A stretch of 64,000 bases of DNA from Thermoplasmata archaeon (GTDB taxonomy: Archaea > Thermoplasmatota > Thermoplasmata > RBG-16-68-12 > JAJISG01): NCBI GenBank assembly GCA_046758325.1, contig JBHHZZ010000002.1, positions 14,990-78,989 on the forward strand, written 5' to 3'. Below, piece after piece: positions 44,601-53,001 of the stretch (the stretch's first letter is position 1; each line of letters starts with the position of its first letter). The notes below the pieces were generated by a model. The model worked only from the letters and a program-made list of their open reading frames with translations. It did not search any database and had not been told where the DNA came from. The position numbers and the translations under genes are program-made.

Positions 44601-45053
44601 GTGGACTTTCTTTCCCAGCTGTCCAACATCACTGCCCAGCTGCCTCGAGGGTTCGAAATAATCATACTGTTGGTGATCGTCGCCATCCTCCTCCTCATTG
44701 GCCCAAAGAAGCTCCCAGAGCTAGCCCGGGGAATCGGGAAGGCCCTAGGAGAGTTCCGCCGGGGTAGGATGGAGATTGAGAAGGAGATAAAGCGGGAACT
44801 CGCTCAGACGCCACCCGTTCCGGAGGCCCAGAAGGTGGTGGAAATAAGCCCCAGGATCCTCGACGCTGCGAAACAGCTGGGCATCGACGTGCTGGGCAGG
44901 AAGGAGAGGGATCTGAAGGTGGCCATAATCAAGTCCCTCGATACCATCGCCGAGGAGAAGCTCGAGTCCCTTGGGAAGGCCCTCGGACTGAAGACCGAAG
45001 GGCTCGACACGGAGGAGCTGAAGGATAGCATCAACGAAGCCCTGGGAATCTAA
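44601..45053 (+). CDS. tatA: TatA/E with C-terminal helical repeats
   Basis: EIIILLVIVAILLLIGPKKLPELARGIGKALGEFRRG. Confidence 0.93.
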   Translation: MDFLSQLSNITAQLPRGFEIIILLVIVAILLLIGPKKLPELARGIGKALGEFRRGRMEIEKEIKRELAQTPPVPEAQKVVEISPRILDAAKQLGIDVLGRKERDLKVAIIKSLDTIAEEKLESLGKALGLKTEGLDTEELKDSINEALGI

Positions 45054-45115
45054 AGCGGAGCAGTTACTAACATTTATAATGAGCAGCCCATTGGGCCTTG
45101 CGGTGGTTTCAGGCC

Positions 45116-46633
45116 ATGGTTTACAGCGACCTCAGCTACGCTTATAAGAGACTCCAAGACACTCTCGGTGCAGAAAGGGTTTCTCGGGACGATACAGAGA
45201 AGCTGGTGTACGGCCACGACTTCGGCCCCCTGCCGAAGCAGGCAGCCATACAATTCGAGCTCAAACCTGACATCATCACCCTCCCAAAGTCCACCCAAGA
45301 GGTCGTCCGCATCCTGGAACTCGGACGTGAGTTGGAAATCCCCGTCGTCCCCAGGGGCGGCGCCACGTCTTTTCACGGTGGTTGTGTACCCAACGTGGGT
45401 GGCATCCTCCTCTGCACCAATCTGATGAGGAAGGTAGAGGAGGTCGATGATGAGCGACTGTGCGTCACCGCTCAGGCCGGGGCCACCTGGAAGGATGTCA
45501 TAGAGGCCGTATCCGATGCTGGCCTCTTCCTTCCTGTCGTCCCCATGTTCTACAGGTCAGCCACTGTAGGGGGTTTCTTGAGCAACGGCGGGGTGGGCAT
45601 CGGCGCCTACAAGTACGGCGCTCCCTCCCAGTGGGTCCGCAGCCTCGAGGTAGTGCTCCCGAACGGACAGATCCTTGGCACAGGGGAGAGGTCCTTCGAC
45701 CTGGGCTCCCTGAACTACAACCTCACCAGCCTCTTCCTCGGTGCGGAGGGCACCCTCGGTGTGATAGCAAAGGCGACCCTGAGGTTGTTGCCGAAGCCTG
45801 GCCAGATGGCCAACACCGCGTACAGCTTCGAGGGCATGGGAGGATTGGCAGAAGCCCTGAAGCAGCTGGCGAGAACCCCCGTGACCCCCTACCACGTCGG
45901 CTTCGTTGACGGTGCCCACCTGCTCCTTCAAAGGACCCGCCTAAGGCAGCTCCCCGATGTCCCGGCCATGGCGATACTGACCTTCGATGGATCAAAGGAA
46001 GAGATAGAGGCTGAGAGGAAGGCTGCCGATGACACCCTCTCCTCTTTGGGGAAGAGGGAGGAGGATGAATCAGCGAGCATCCTCTGGGAGCACATATACG
46101 AGCCCTACGACGCCCGAAGAATCTCCGGCGGTCTAGTGGTCGCAGAGGGGGTCGTACCGCTCTCAAACTTGGAGAAAGCTGTGCAGGCAACGATTCGGGA
46201 AGCCAGGAGGATAAGGGCGGAGCCAGCCTTCCATGGCTTTCTGGTGGACCGGGGCTCAGCATTCTTAGCCCCCTATATCCTCACGGACGAGAGAACCCTG
46301 AGGGGGCAGCTAGCCATCTCTTTCGTGGAGAGATACCACAAGACCCTCATGGACCTGGATGGTCACCCCTTCGGCCTGGGACTGCTCACGACCTACAACC
46401 TAGACGCCATGTACGGTTCCGTGGCAGGCCATATGAGGGCCATCAAGGAAGCCCTCGATCCCAAGGCCATAGTGAATAGGGGCAAGCTCCTGGGAACCAC
46501 GGGGAAGACACCGCCCTTCGCCCCTCCAGAAATCCCGGCAGGACTCATACGTCGTGGGCTAAGGACACTTGGAAACCTCAGGAAGCTCATGCCCTCAGAC
46601 AGGTACATAAGCAGGTTGAGGAGGGGGAAGTAG
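45116..46633 (+). CDS. FAD-linked oxidase (GlcD/VAO family) with atypical catalytic motifs
   Basis: PVVPRGGATSFHGG, ATVGG, LGAEGTLGVI, ALDPKAIVNRGK; lacks HAGDGNLH and EHG.G. Confidence 0.85.
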   Translation: MVYSDLSYAYKRLQDTLGAERVSRDDTEKLVYGHDFGPLPKQAAIQFELKPDIITLPKSTQEVVRILELGRELEIPVVPRGGATSFHGGCVPNVGGILLCTNLMRKVEEVDDERLCVTAQAGATWKDVIEAVSDAGLFLPVVPMFYRSATVGGFLSNGGVGIGAYKYGAPSQWVRSLEVVLPNGQILGTGERSFDLGSLNYNLTSLFLGAEGTLGVIAKATLRLLPKPGQMANTAYSFEGMGGLAEALKQLARTPVTPYHVGFVDGAHLLLQRTRLRQLPDVPAMAILTFDGSKEEIEAERKAADDTLSSLGKREEDESASILWEHIYEPYDARRISGGLVVAEGVVPLSNLEKAVQATIREARRIRAEPAFHGFLVDRGSAFLAPYILTDERTLRGQLAISFVERYHKTLMDLDGHPFGLGLLTTYNLDAMYGSVAGHMRAIKEALDPKAIVNRGKLLGTTGKTPPFAPPEIPAGLIRRGLRTLGNLRKLMPSDRYISRLRRGK

Positions 46634-46634
46634 G

Positions 46635-48059
46635 ATGTCTTCCGGCAACGTGGACCTGATGGACAGGCTCAGACGCTTCCCCGGCCTGGAGAGGGTTCCC
46701 AGGGAGGAGCTAGTGAAGGCCGTCTACCTGAAGGACAAGAGGGCCCTGCCCGACGATCTCAAGAGGCTTCTCGACAGCATTACCGTCTTGAGGATTCCCG
46801 TTGAGGACGCCGAGGATATATCCCACATCCTGGGGGTAGCTACAGGGGAAGTGGCCGGCATAAGCCTCGGTCTGCCGGCGGACTCCCTACACTACGTCAG
46901 AACCCGACTGGCCATGATGAAGGACCGGGAACTTGCAGTGGATTGGACCCCCAGGGAGGACCCTTTCGACGGTGAGATACTTCCCCAACTGGATGGCTTC
47001 CAGGTGGACCTGGCAAAGCTGAAACGAGTTGAGCTGGACGAGGAGAACGGGGTGGTCCTCTGTGGAGTTGGAGCAAGGTGGCGGGAGGTCTTCGAGACCT
47101 GCGAATCGATGGGATGGATCTTTCCCCTCTCCCCCATCCTGCCCTCAAACCCCTACCTGGGAGACGTGGTGGGCGGTACCGCTTTCTTGGCATCGTTCAA
47201 GGGCGGACCTGAAGCGTATGTCAGAAACATCGACTTCCTCTCACCCGACGGCCGCTATGGGGAAAGCGGCTTTGATCTCGTACCCAATAATGCCGCCGGT
47301 TACGACCTGAACTCCCTCATGCTGGTAATGGGGCGCCACATGATCATACCGGTGTCCGTCACCTTCACCCTTCTTCCCATGGCTTCCACAGTGAAGACCT
47401 CGAGGTACAGCGTCTGGAGCCCGGAGGCTCTGGTCGAGGCTATGAGAAATCTCATCAACACCCGGGTGCAACCTCTCAGAGTTTCCTTTGGCGACGGAAC
47501 TGGATCCCTGCTGGCCTTTGGCCGGGAAGGGGAGCCCACCATCGAGATTGTCCTCGCCGGGACTGAGGAAACTCTCCCCGTCCAGCAGAAGCTCGTGGAC
47601 GCCGCCTTCAAGGAAGGTGCGAACAAGGAAGAAGTGGAAGGGCTGACGCATGTCACACAGTCAGCCCCGGGTGGTGATGCCCCACCTTCCCTACTGGTGG
47701 AGTTTCGCGCCTCTCTTGCGGACCTCCAACTCATACTTCAGGATGTGACATCCTGGGTGGAAGCACAGGGCTCCGGGTTCGGCATCATCGGTTCCCTCTA
47801 TCAGGCAGGAACGGTCAGCGTCATCCCCTTCATCAGCGGACAGACCAACCGGGGCGAGAGGTTTACCCGGGTGCTGGAACTCGCTCAGATTGCCCGCAAG
47901 CATAGCTGCAGGCTGCGGAACAACCCGACAATCCACCTTCTCTCGCCAGAGGCAAACTTGGGGAAGCGGTTCGCCCTCGTACGTAGGATGAAGGAGAGGG
48001 TGGACCTCCCCCACGTGATCAACCCGTCCAGCCTCCTCATGGTTCCCAGAGACCTCTGA
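46635..48059 (+). CDS. Degenerate FAD-oxidase-fold partner subunit (GlcE-like)
   Basis: VGARW, NAAGYDLNSL, KERVD..VINP; no GGGT flavin loop. Confidence 0.7.
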   Translation: MSSGNVDLMDRLRRFPGLERVPREELVKAVYLKDKRALPDDLKRLLDSITVLRIPVEDAEDISHILGVATGEVAGISLGLPADSLHYVRTRLAMMKDRELAVDWTPREDPFDGEILPQLDGFQVDLAKLKRVELDEENGVVLCGVGARWREVFETCESMGWIFPLSPILPSNPYLGDVVGGTAFLASFKGGPEAYVRNIDFLSPDGRYGESGFDLVPNNAAGYDLNSLMLVMGRHMIIPVSVTFTLLPMASTVKTSRYSVWSPEALVEAMRNLINTRVQPLRVSFGDGTGSLLAFGREGEPTIEIVLAGTEETLPVQQKLVDAAFKEGANKEEVEGLTHVTQSAPGGDAPPSLLVEFRASLADLQLILQDVTSWVEAQGSGFGIIGSLYQAGTVSVIPFISGQTNRGERFTRVLELAQIARKHSCRLRNNPTIHLLSPEANLGKRFALVRRMKERVDLPHVINPSSLLMVPRDL

Positions 48060-48065
48060 GGCATA

Positions 48066-48407
48066 TCACATCAGAGCGACTCCACACTTGTCACATACTG
48101 TCTGACCCTTCTCCGCCACATTCCCGCATCTGGGGCACACGTTTGGCATATTCATCTTGACGGGCCAGATCGTGAAGAGCAGGCCGAGGGCGAGGAAGAG
48201 CCCAGCCATCCACCAGTTGGCGGTGTAGATGCCCTCAAGACCGATAGCGAAGAGCACCACCGCAGACACCTTGGATATGAGAATGACCTTCTGGACCTTC
48301 GGAAGCTGCTTGATGAGACGAATCTCCGCTTTTCTGGACATCCTGCGAGGCCATCGCGGCCTGTCAGTGTCTCCCTGCTCACTGCCGAGCTCCCCCGACA
48401 TCTCCAT
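48066..48407 (-). CDS. Small 2-TM protein with C-terminal zinc ribbon
   Basis: Two hydrophobic helices; CPRC..(10)..CDKC. Confidence 0.65.
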   Translation of the reverse strand: MEMSGELGSEQGDTDRPRWPRRMSRKAEIRLIKQLPKVQKVILISKVSAVVLFAIGLEGIYTANWWMAGLFLALGLLFTIWPVKMNMPNVCPRCGNVAEKGQTVCDKCGVALM

Positions 48408-48411
48408 CTGG

Positions 48412-48828
48412 TCAGGCCCCCGCCACTTCCTGGACGGGCGCGGGCTTTCCGTCCACGACCTCCCACCCAGGTCTCGGAATCATCACAATGGCTTCTACGG
48501 GACAAATGACGGCACACTTGGCGCAGCCGATGCAATTCTCATCCACGATGAAGGATTTGCGGGTCTCGAAGCTCATATCGGGCAGGTAGGAAGTCTTGTC
48601 GATGAAGACAATGGCATCCTCATGGTCAGGCCGCACGTTCTCCGGACAGTTATCGGCGCAGTGGATGCAGCCCATGCATATGTCTTCGTACACGTAGGCT
48701 ATCACCCCCTTCCCCCGGGGGTACTTAAGGACGAAGTTCCTGCGCATCTCGTCAAAGCTCTTCTTGGCAGTGTGACGAGACCTGTGCCTTGCCAGCCTGG
48801 AGTCCGCCAGCGCCTCCATCTTGGTCAT
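48412..48828 (-). CDS. 2x[4Fe-4S] ferredoxin
   Basis: CMGCIHCADNCP and CIGCAKCAVICP; ATGA overlap with the upstream gene. Confidence 0.9.
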   Translation of the reverse strand: MTKMEALADSRLARHRSRHTAKKSFDEMRRNFVLKYPRGKGVIAYVYEDICMGCIHCADNCPENVRPDHEDAIVFIDKTSYLPDMSFETRKSFIVDENCIGCAKCAVICPVEAIVMIPRPGWEVVDGKPAPVQEVAGA

Positions 48829-49835
48829 GAGGGGACTTCCTTTTGGACGGTCTCTACCGCCGCGGGCTCCTGGAAGGTCTGCTCCACGTCCTCTCGCTCC
48901 GCGGCCAGGACCTCCGCCGCTGTCTCGTCCAGGCATTCAGCCAGGAACTGAGTGATGTCGATGACCTTGAATTCAAACTTCTCCCGGTCCTCCCTGTAGA
49001 GGTTCTCGTGCTGCTGGCAGCCGAAATGAGTGAGGCACTTGGGACATGCGGTGAGCATGTAGTCAACCTCCTTCTCCTTCGCCTCCATCATCCGGTCGTT
49101 AGTGATTCCCTTGGTCTTCTCGTTGCAGTACATCATGCCAGCGACACCGCAACACGTCGCATCAGCCCGGAAGTGCTCCATCTCAACGTACTCGGCCCCG
49201 GTCATCCTGATGAGTTCCCTAGGCTCCTCGTAGACTGGATCTACGGGCATCTGGCGGCACATCCTGCAGGGGTCCTGGTAGGTCACCCGTGCCTTCTTCC
49301 GCACCTTGAACTCGACGCCCTTGTCGTAGAGTACCTGGGTGATGTGCTTTACCTCGATGCCCTCGAGGTCATAGTCGAGCTTGAAGGTCCGATAGCCCTC
49401 CGCGCAGCTCACGATGAGGGTTTCCACTCCTGCCTGCTGGAATATTCTCTTCATCAGGGACTCGTTGTACTCCCTCAGCTTGTTCCAGACATCGATCTTC
49501 CCCTGCCACAGCTGGTCGTGGCCACAGCACTTCATGAAAGACCTGTCCAGAATGACGGGGTCGATGCCCATGGCCTGCAGGAGCTTCACGGAGGAATCGA
49601 AGATGATTCCGTGGTCGGTCTCCCCAAAGTTGTTGCGACTAAATTGCATCTCGTAGTCGTAATAGTCCACACAGCCAGGGTAGTAGGCGTACTCGCTCTT
49701 CCCCCTGATCTCCACCTCGGGGATCTCGTCCCACTCCGCCTCCTTGTCCAGGGTGGCGAACATGATAGGGTGGGGCACCGTTCGCTCCCCCGCCGTCAGG
49801 TCCCTCATGGGAAAGCCCATCTCCTCCGGTCTCAT
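48825..49835 (-). CDS. CCG-domain Fe-S oxidoreductase (HdrD/HdrB/GlcF-like)
   Basis: YYPGC, KCCGH, VSCAEG, YQDPC, TCCG, TACPKC. Confidence 0.9.
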   Translation of the reverse strand: MRPEEMGFPMRDLTAGERTVPHPIMFATLDKEAEWDEIPEVEIRGKSEYAYYPGCVDYYDYEMQFSRNNFGETDHGIIFDSSVKLLQAMGIDPVILDRSFMKCCGHDQLWQGKIDVWNKLREYNESLMKRIFQQAGVETLIVSCAEGYRTFKLDYDLEGIEVKHITQVLYDKGVEFKVRKKARVTYQDPCRMCRQMPVDPVYEEPRELIRMTGAEYVEMEHFRADATCCGVAGMMYCNEKTKGITNDRMMEAKEKEVDYMLTACPKCLTHFGCQQHENLYREDREKFEFKVIDITQFLAECLDETAAEVLAAEREDVEQTFQEPAAVETVQKEVPS

Positions 49836-51181
49836 GCTCCTCCCCCTTCACCACCATCGGCTGCTGCGGGTCTGGCTGCGACGGTTGGCCTCTCTATGGG
49901 TATCCTCTGTTTTGCCTTCATGACCTTCGCCCTCTCGGTCAACACGTACGCCGAGTAATTTATATCTAGGGGACAGACGGCACTGCAGGCATCGCAGGTC
50001 AGGCAGGACCACATGGGGACGCCGTCGTGCTGCTGCTTGTAGACATTGTAGACAAGGTTCAGGCCACCCAGGGCATCCGCCTCCACCTTGGTGATGGGAC
50101 ACACCAGGTGGCACCTGCCACACTGATAGCACTCGTTGAGCTTGAACTCATAATCGCTGTAGGGTGTTCTCTGGCCAAAGTAGGTGACCACTATGGAGAA
50201 GATGGGGAGGGCGACGAAGGCATGGGAGTTCGTCATTATGTATGCCTGAACGTAGCCGAAGATTCCCCGCTCGAAGTTCATCAGGTACCAGGTCACGGGC
50301 GTCAGGAGGGCCAGTGTGAAGCCCATCCATAGGAAGAGAGTCCTCCGGCCCTGATGCTCGTCGAGGAAGTAAACAATGAAGAGGGCGACGACGGCGGTAG
50401 AGAGGGCGATGCCCACGTAGACGCCCAGGAAGAGGTTCTCCCTGGTCAGGAGAGAGATGAAGCCTCTTCCCTCCATCAGGTTGATGCCTACGATGAGATA
50501 AGATGTGACGGCCAGTAGGAGGACGAGGGCGAAGCCGTTGAAGAGGGTGTTGATCCGCCTCATGGGCTTGAAGGCCAGACGCCTCATGGCGACGTAGGTG
50601 ACCAGGCCAGCCAGGACGGGCTCCACCACGAACATCCATTTTAGCGTGTCATCGGTTATGAAGGGAAAGGCGGAGACGACGAGGATGTTGACGGAATAGA
50701 CGGTGGCGGCGAAGACCCACACTATGCTGGCGACGCCCACGGCAGCCCGGATGTTCGCCTTGGCTGGCCTGCTCTCGAAGCCCTTGTCGATGAAGGGCAG
50801 GAGGAGGAGGATTATGAAGGGCACCCCCGAGAGAAGCGCCCCGTACGTCAGCGTCGAGAGGCTCAGGCCAAAGATCGTGACGGGCGGAAAAAGCTCCACT
50901 ATCTTGAGGAGGCCCCACGACCAGAGGAGGTACCAGTCCGGAAGCTCCACTCCCCCGAGGACGAAAGGGTTGGCGGAGTCGCCCAGCTCCGGCACCGCAA
51001 TCCCCGTCAGGATGAACATGATCCCCGTCATGATGAGGATTACGACCAGGTCTCGGTAAGCCTCATGGGGAACGAGGGCGTGGCCTGGCTTCTTGTCCGT
51101 CCGAGCAGGGCCATACTGGGTGGGGAATCCTATCCGTTCCTCTCCTACCACCGTCTCCAACGGGACCTGCTGCATCCTCAC
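49832..51181 (-). CDS. Cytochrome b C-terminal (subunit IV/PetD-like) fused to extra TM helices and an HdrC-like 2x[4Fe-4S] domain
   Basis: Qo motif LPDWY, PFID, then CYQCGRCHLVCP and CLTCDACSAVCP. Confidence 0.88.
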   Translation of the reverse strand: MRMQQVPLETVVGEERIGFPTQYGPARTDKKPGHALVPHEAYRDLVVILIMTGIMFILTGIAVPELGDSANPFVLGGVELPDWYLLWSWGLLKIVELFPPVTIFGLSLSTLTYGALLSGVPFIILLLLPFIDKGFESRPAKANIRAAVGVASIVWVFAATVYSVNILVVSAFPFITDDTLKWMFVVEPVLAGLVTYVAMRRLAFKPMRRINTLFNGFALVLLLAVTSYLIVGINLMEGRGFISLLTRENLFLGVYVGIALSTAVVALFIVYFLDEHQGRRTLFLWMGFTLALLTPVTWYLMNFERGIFGYVQAYIMTNSHAFVALPIFSIVVTYFGQRTPYSDYEFKLNECYQCGRCHLVCPITKVEADALGGLNLVYNVYKQQHDGVPMWSCLTCDACSAVCPLDINYSAYVLTERAKVMKAKQRIPIERPTVAARPAAADGGEGGGA

Positions 51182-51184
51182 TCC

Positions 51185-51949
51185 TCAATGCGGCTCGGCG
51201 ATGCCCTGTATCCATACGATGGTCATGTGGAGGAGCATGAGTCCGATGCCCACCATGGGCATTATGAAGATATGGAACCAGTACATCCTGAGGACGGTAT
51301 TCGCTCCACATGTGAGCCCACCGAACATGATTTCCGCTGTCAGGTCTCCGATGATGGGGATCGACTTCGCCATGTTTATTCCGATGAAACACGCCGACAG
51401 GGACAGGCTGTTCCACGGGAGCAGATAGCCAGTGTACCCAAAGCCGAACAACGAGATGACGAGGAGGATCACGCCCACGATCCAGTTGAGCTCCCTGGGC
51501 TTCTTGTAGGCTCCCGTGAAGTAAACCCTTGCCATGTGCAGGAAGACGGCTGCAATGAATATGTGAGCAGCCCAATGGTGTACGCCCCGCCATACGTATC
51601 CCAGAGGTACCTCCTCCATGATTAGCTGGAGACTCTCAAAGGCAGGGGAAGTGGTACTCCCGTCCGCCAAGAACCTGACGCTGCTGTCAGGGATGTAGTA
51701 GAAGCCCAGGACGATGCCCGTGATGGTAAGAATGATGAAAGCTATGAAAGCCAGTCCGCCGAGGCAGTATAGGGGGTACCAGTACCAGATGGTCTTGAGT
51801 TCGTACTTCTCCGCGTGGCTACGTGGCATCTGGCGATGTATGGATAGGAAGGCCTTCCTGGTCTTCTCGGCCCAGGGGGCTACCGGGAACCTTTCTGCAA
51901 ACCAATCGAAGATGGCCTTCCTCAACCCTCCAAACGGCTTGCGAGCCAT
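51185..51949 (-). CDS. petB: Cytochrome b6-like N-terminal subunit
   Basis: YCLGG, HHWAAH..LHMARV, GYTGYLLPW, HIFIMP...LLH heme ligands. Confidence 0.93.
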   Translation of the reverse strand: MARKPFGGLRKAIFDWFAERFPVAPWAEKTRKAFLSIHRQMPRSHAEKYELKTIWYWYPLYCLGGLAFIAFIILTITGIVLGFYYIPDSSVRFLADGSTTSPAFESLQLIMEEVPLGYVWRGVHHWAAHIFIAAVFLHMARVYFTGAYKKPRELNWIVGVILLVISLFGFGYTGYLLPWNSLSLSACFIGINMAKSIPIIGDLTAEIMFGGLTCGANTVLRMYWFHIFIMPMVGIGLMLLHMTIVWIQGIAEPH

Positions 51950-51960
51950 CCCTATACCCC

Positions 51961-52728
51961 CTATTCGGGCATCGCCGCATCCTTGTACAGCAGATAGCGA
52001 TACCAGTCCTGATTCTTTGCCACTCCCACAATGCGGTCTCCGTCCGTGTCTAGCGCAAGAGGAATCAGCGGCATGCCTCTATCCGCCGGCCCCACTCCAG
52101 GCACCTTGTAGACTCCGATGTACTCAGCTCCACTAGCATCGGGAGGCGATGGATGCTGATACTCGGCGACGCGACGAGGGTTGTACTGGGAATCGTGACA
52201 GACACAGTATATGTTGTCACGGTCCGGGTTCTCTGGGTCCACCGTCTTGTAATCCGACACGGGGATGAGCTTCCAACCTGGAGGACAGCATGCATGAGTA
52301 CAGCAGTTGAATATCGAGTAGAGGCCCTCGATGACGAATTCGTCGCGAGAATATCCCTCGGGGAATTCCAATTCGTCCTCCTCCATTTGGATAAGAATCG
52401 CTGGAAAGCCAGAACCGGGAACAATACTCCCCTCCTCATCAACGATCCGTTTCCACAGCACATTTGCCCCCATACCTGGCTCGAAATGACTCAGTCGAGC
52501 GTCTTCTCCGATCAGATTCTCATACCATACGGGGAGCCTCGCTCGTTCTGGATTTAGGTACATGAATGTGTCCCGTACCTCACCCTTGAGCTCTATTTCG
52601 GGAGACATCAGGGACCTGAGAGTCCCGAATGCCGCGACTCCTAGGAAACCTGCTGTCCCAGTGGCCACAGCCCCCTTGAGGAAGGACCTCCTGGTGATGC
52701 CCTCTTCAGGGATGCCCCTCTTCCGCAT
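51961..52728 (-). CDS. Rieske [2Fe-2S] protein with Tat signal
   Basis: TRRSFLKG twin-arginine motif; CTHACC and CVCHDSQY boxes. Confidence 0.92.
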   Translation of the reverse strand: MRKRGIPEEGITRRSFLKGAVATGTAGFLGVAAFGTLRSLMSPEIELKGEVRDTFMYLNPERARLPVWYENLIGEDARLSHFEPGMGANVLWKRIVDEEGSIVPGSGFPAILIQMEEDELEFPEGYSRDEFVIEGLYSIFNCCTHACCPPGWKLIPVSDYKTVDPENPDRDNIYCVCHDSQYNPRRVAEYQHPSPPDASGAEYIGVYKVPGVGPADRGMPLIPLALDTDGDRIVGVAKNQDWYRYLLYKDAAMPE

Positions 52729-52729
52729 G

Positions 52730-52957
52730 TTACTCCTTCAACTCCCTTCTTGGAATTATTTTGGGTATTCTCGTCTTCACGACCATCTCATCGGGGAGGA
52801 AATGATTCCGGTAGATGTCCACCATGGCGGCCATGCCAAAGAACATTGCCCCTATCCACAGCGACAGCCAAGTGGGATCCCAACCATCGATGAGACCGAT
52901 CACTATGAGAGCACCAAAGAACAGCTGGAAGAAGGCGAGCACATATATCGTCACCAA
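52730..52957 (-). CDS. Small 2-TM membrane subunit
   Basis: Hydrophobic ORF tightly packed between cupredoxin and Rieske genes. Confidence 0.7.
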   Translation of the reverse strand: MVTIYVLAFFQLFFGALIVIGLIDGWDPTWLSLWIGAMFFGMAAMVDIYRNHFLPDEMVVKTRIPKIIPRRELKE

Positions 52958-53001
52958 GGCCGTCAGCGCCTCAGTCGGGGGCTCTGTGCGTATTATCTCG
53001 G

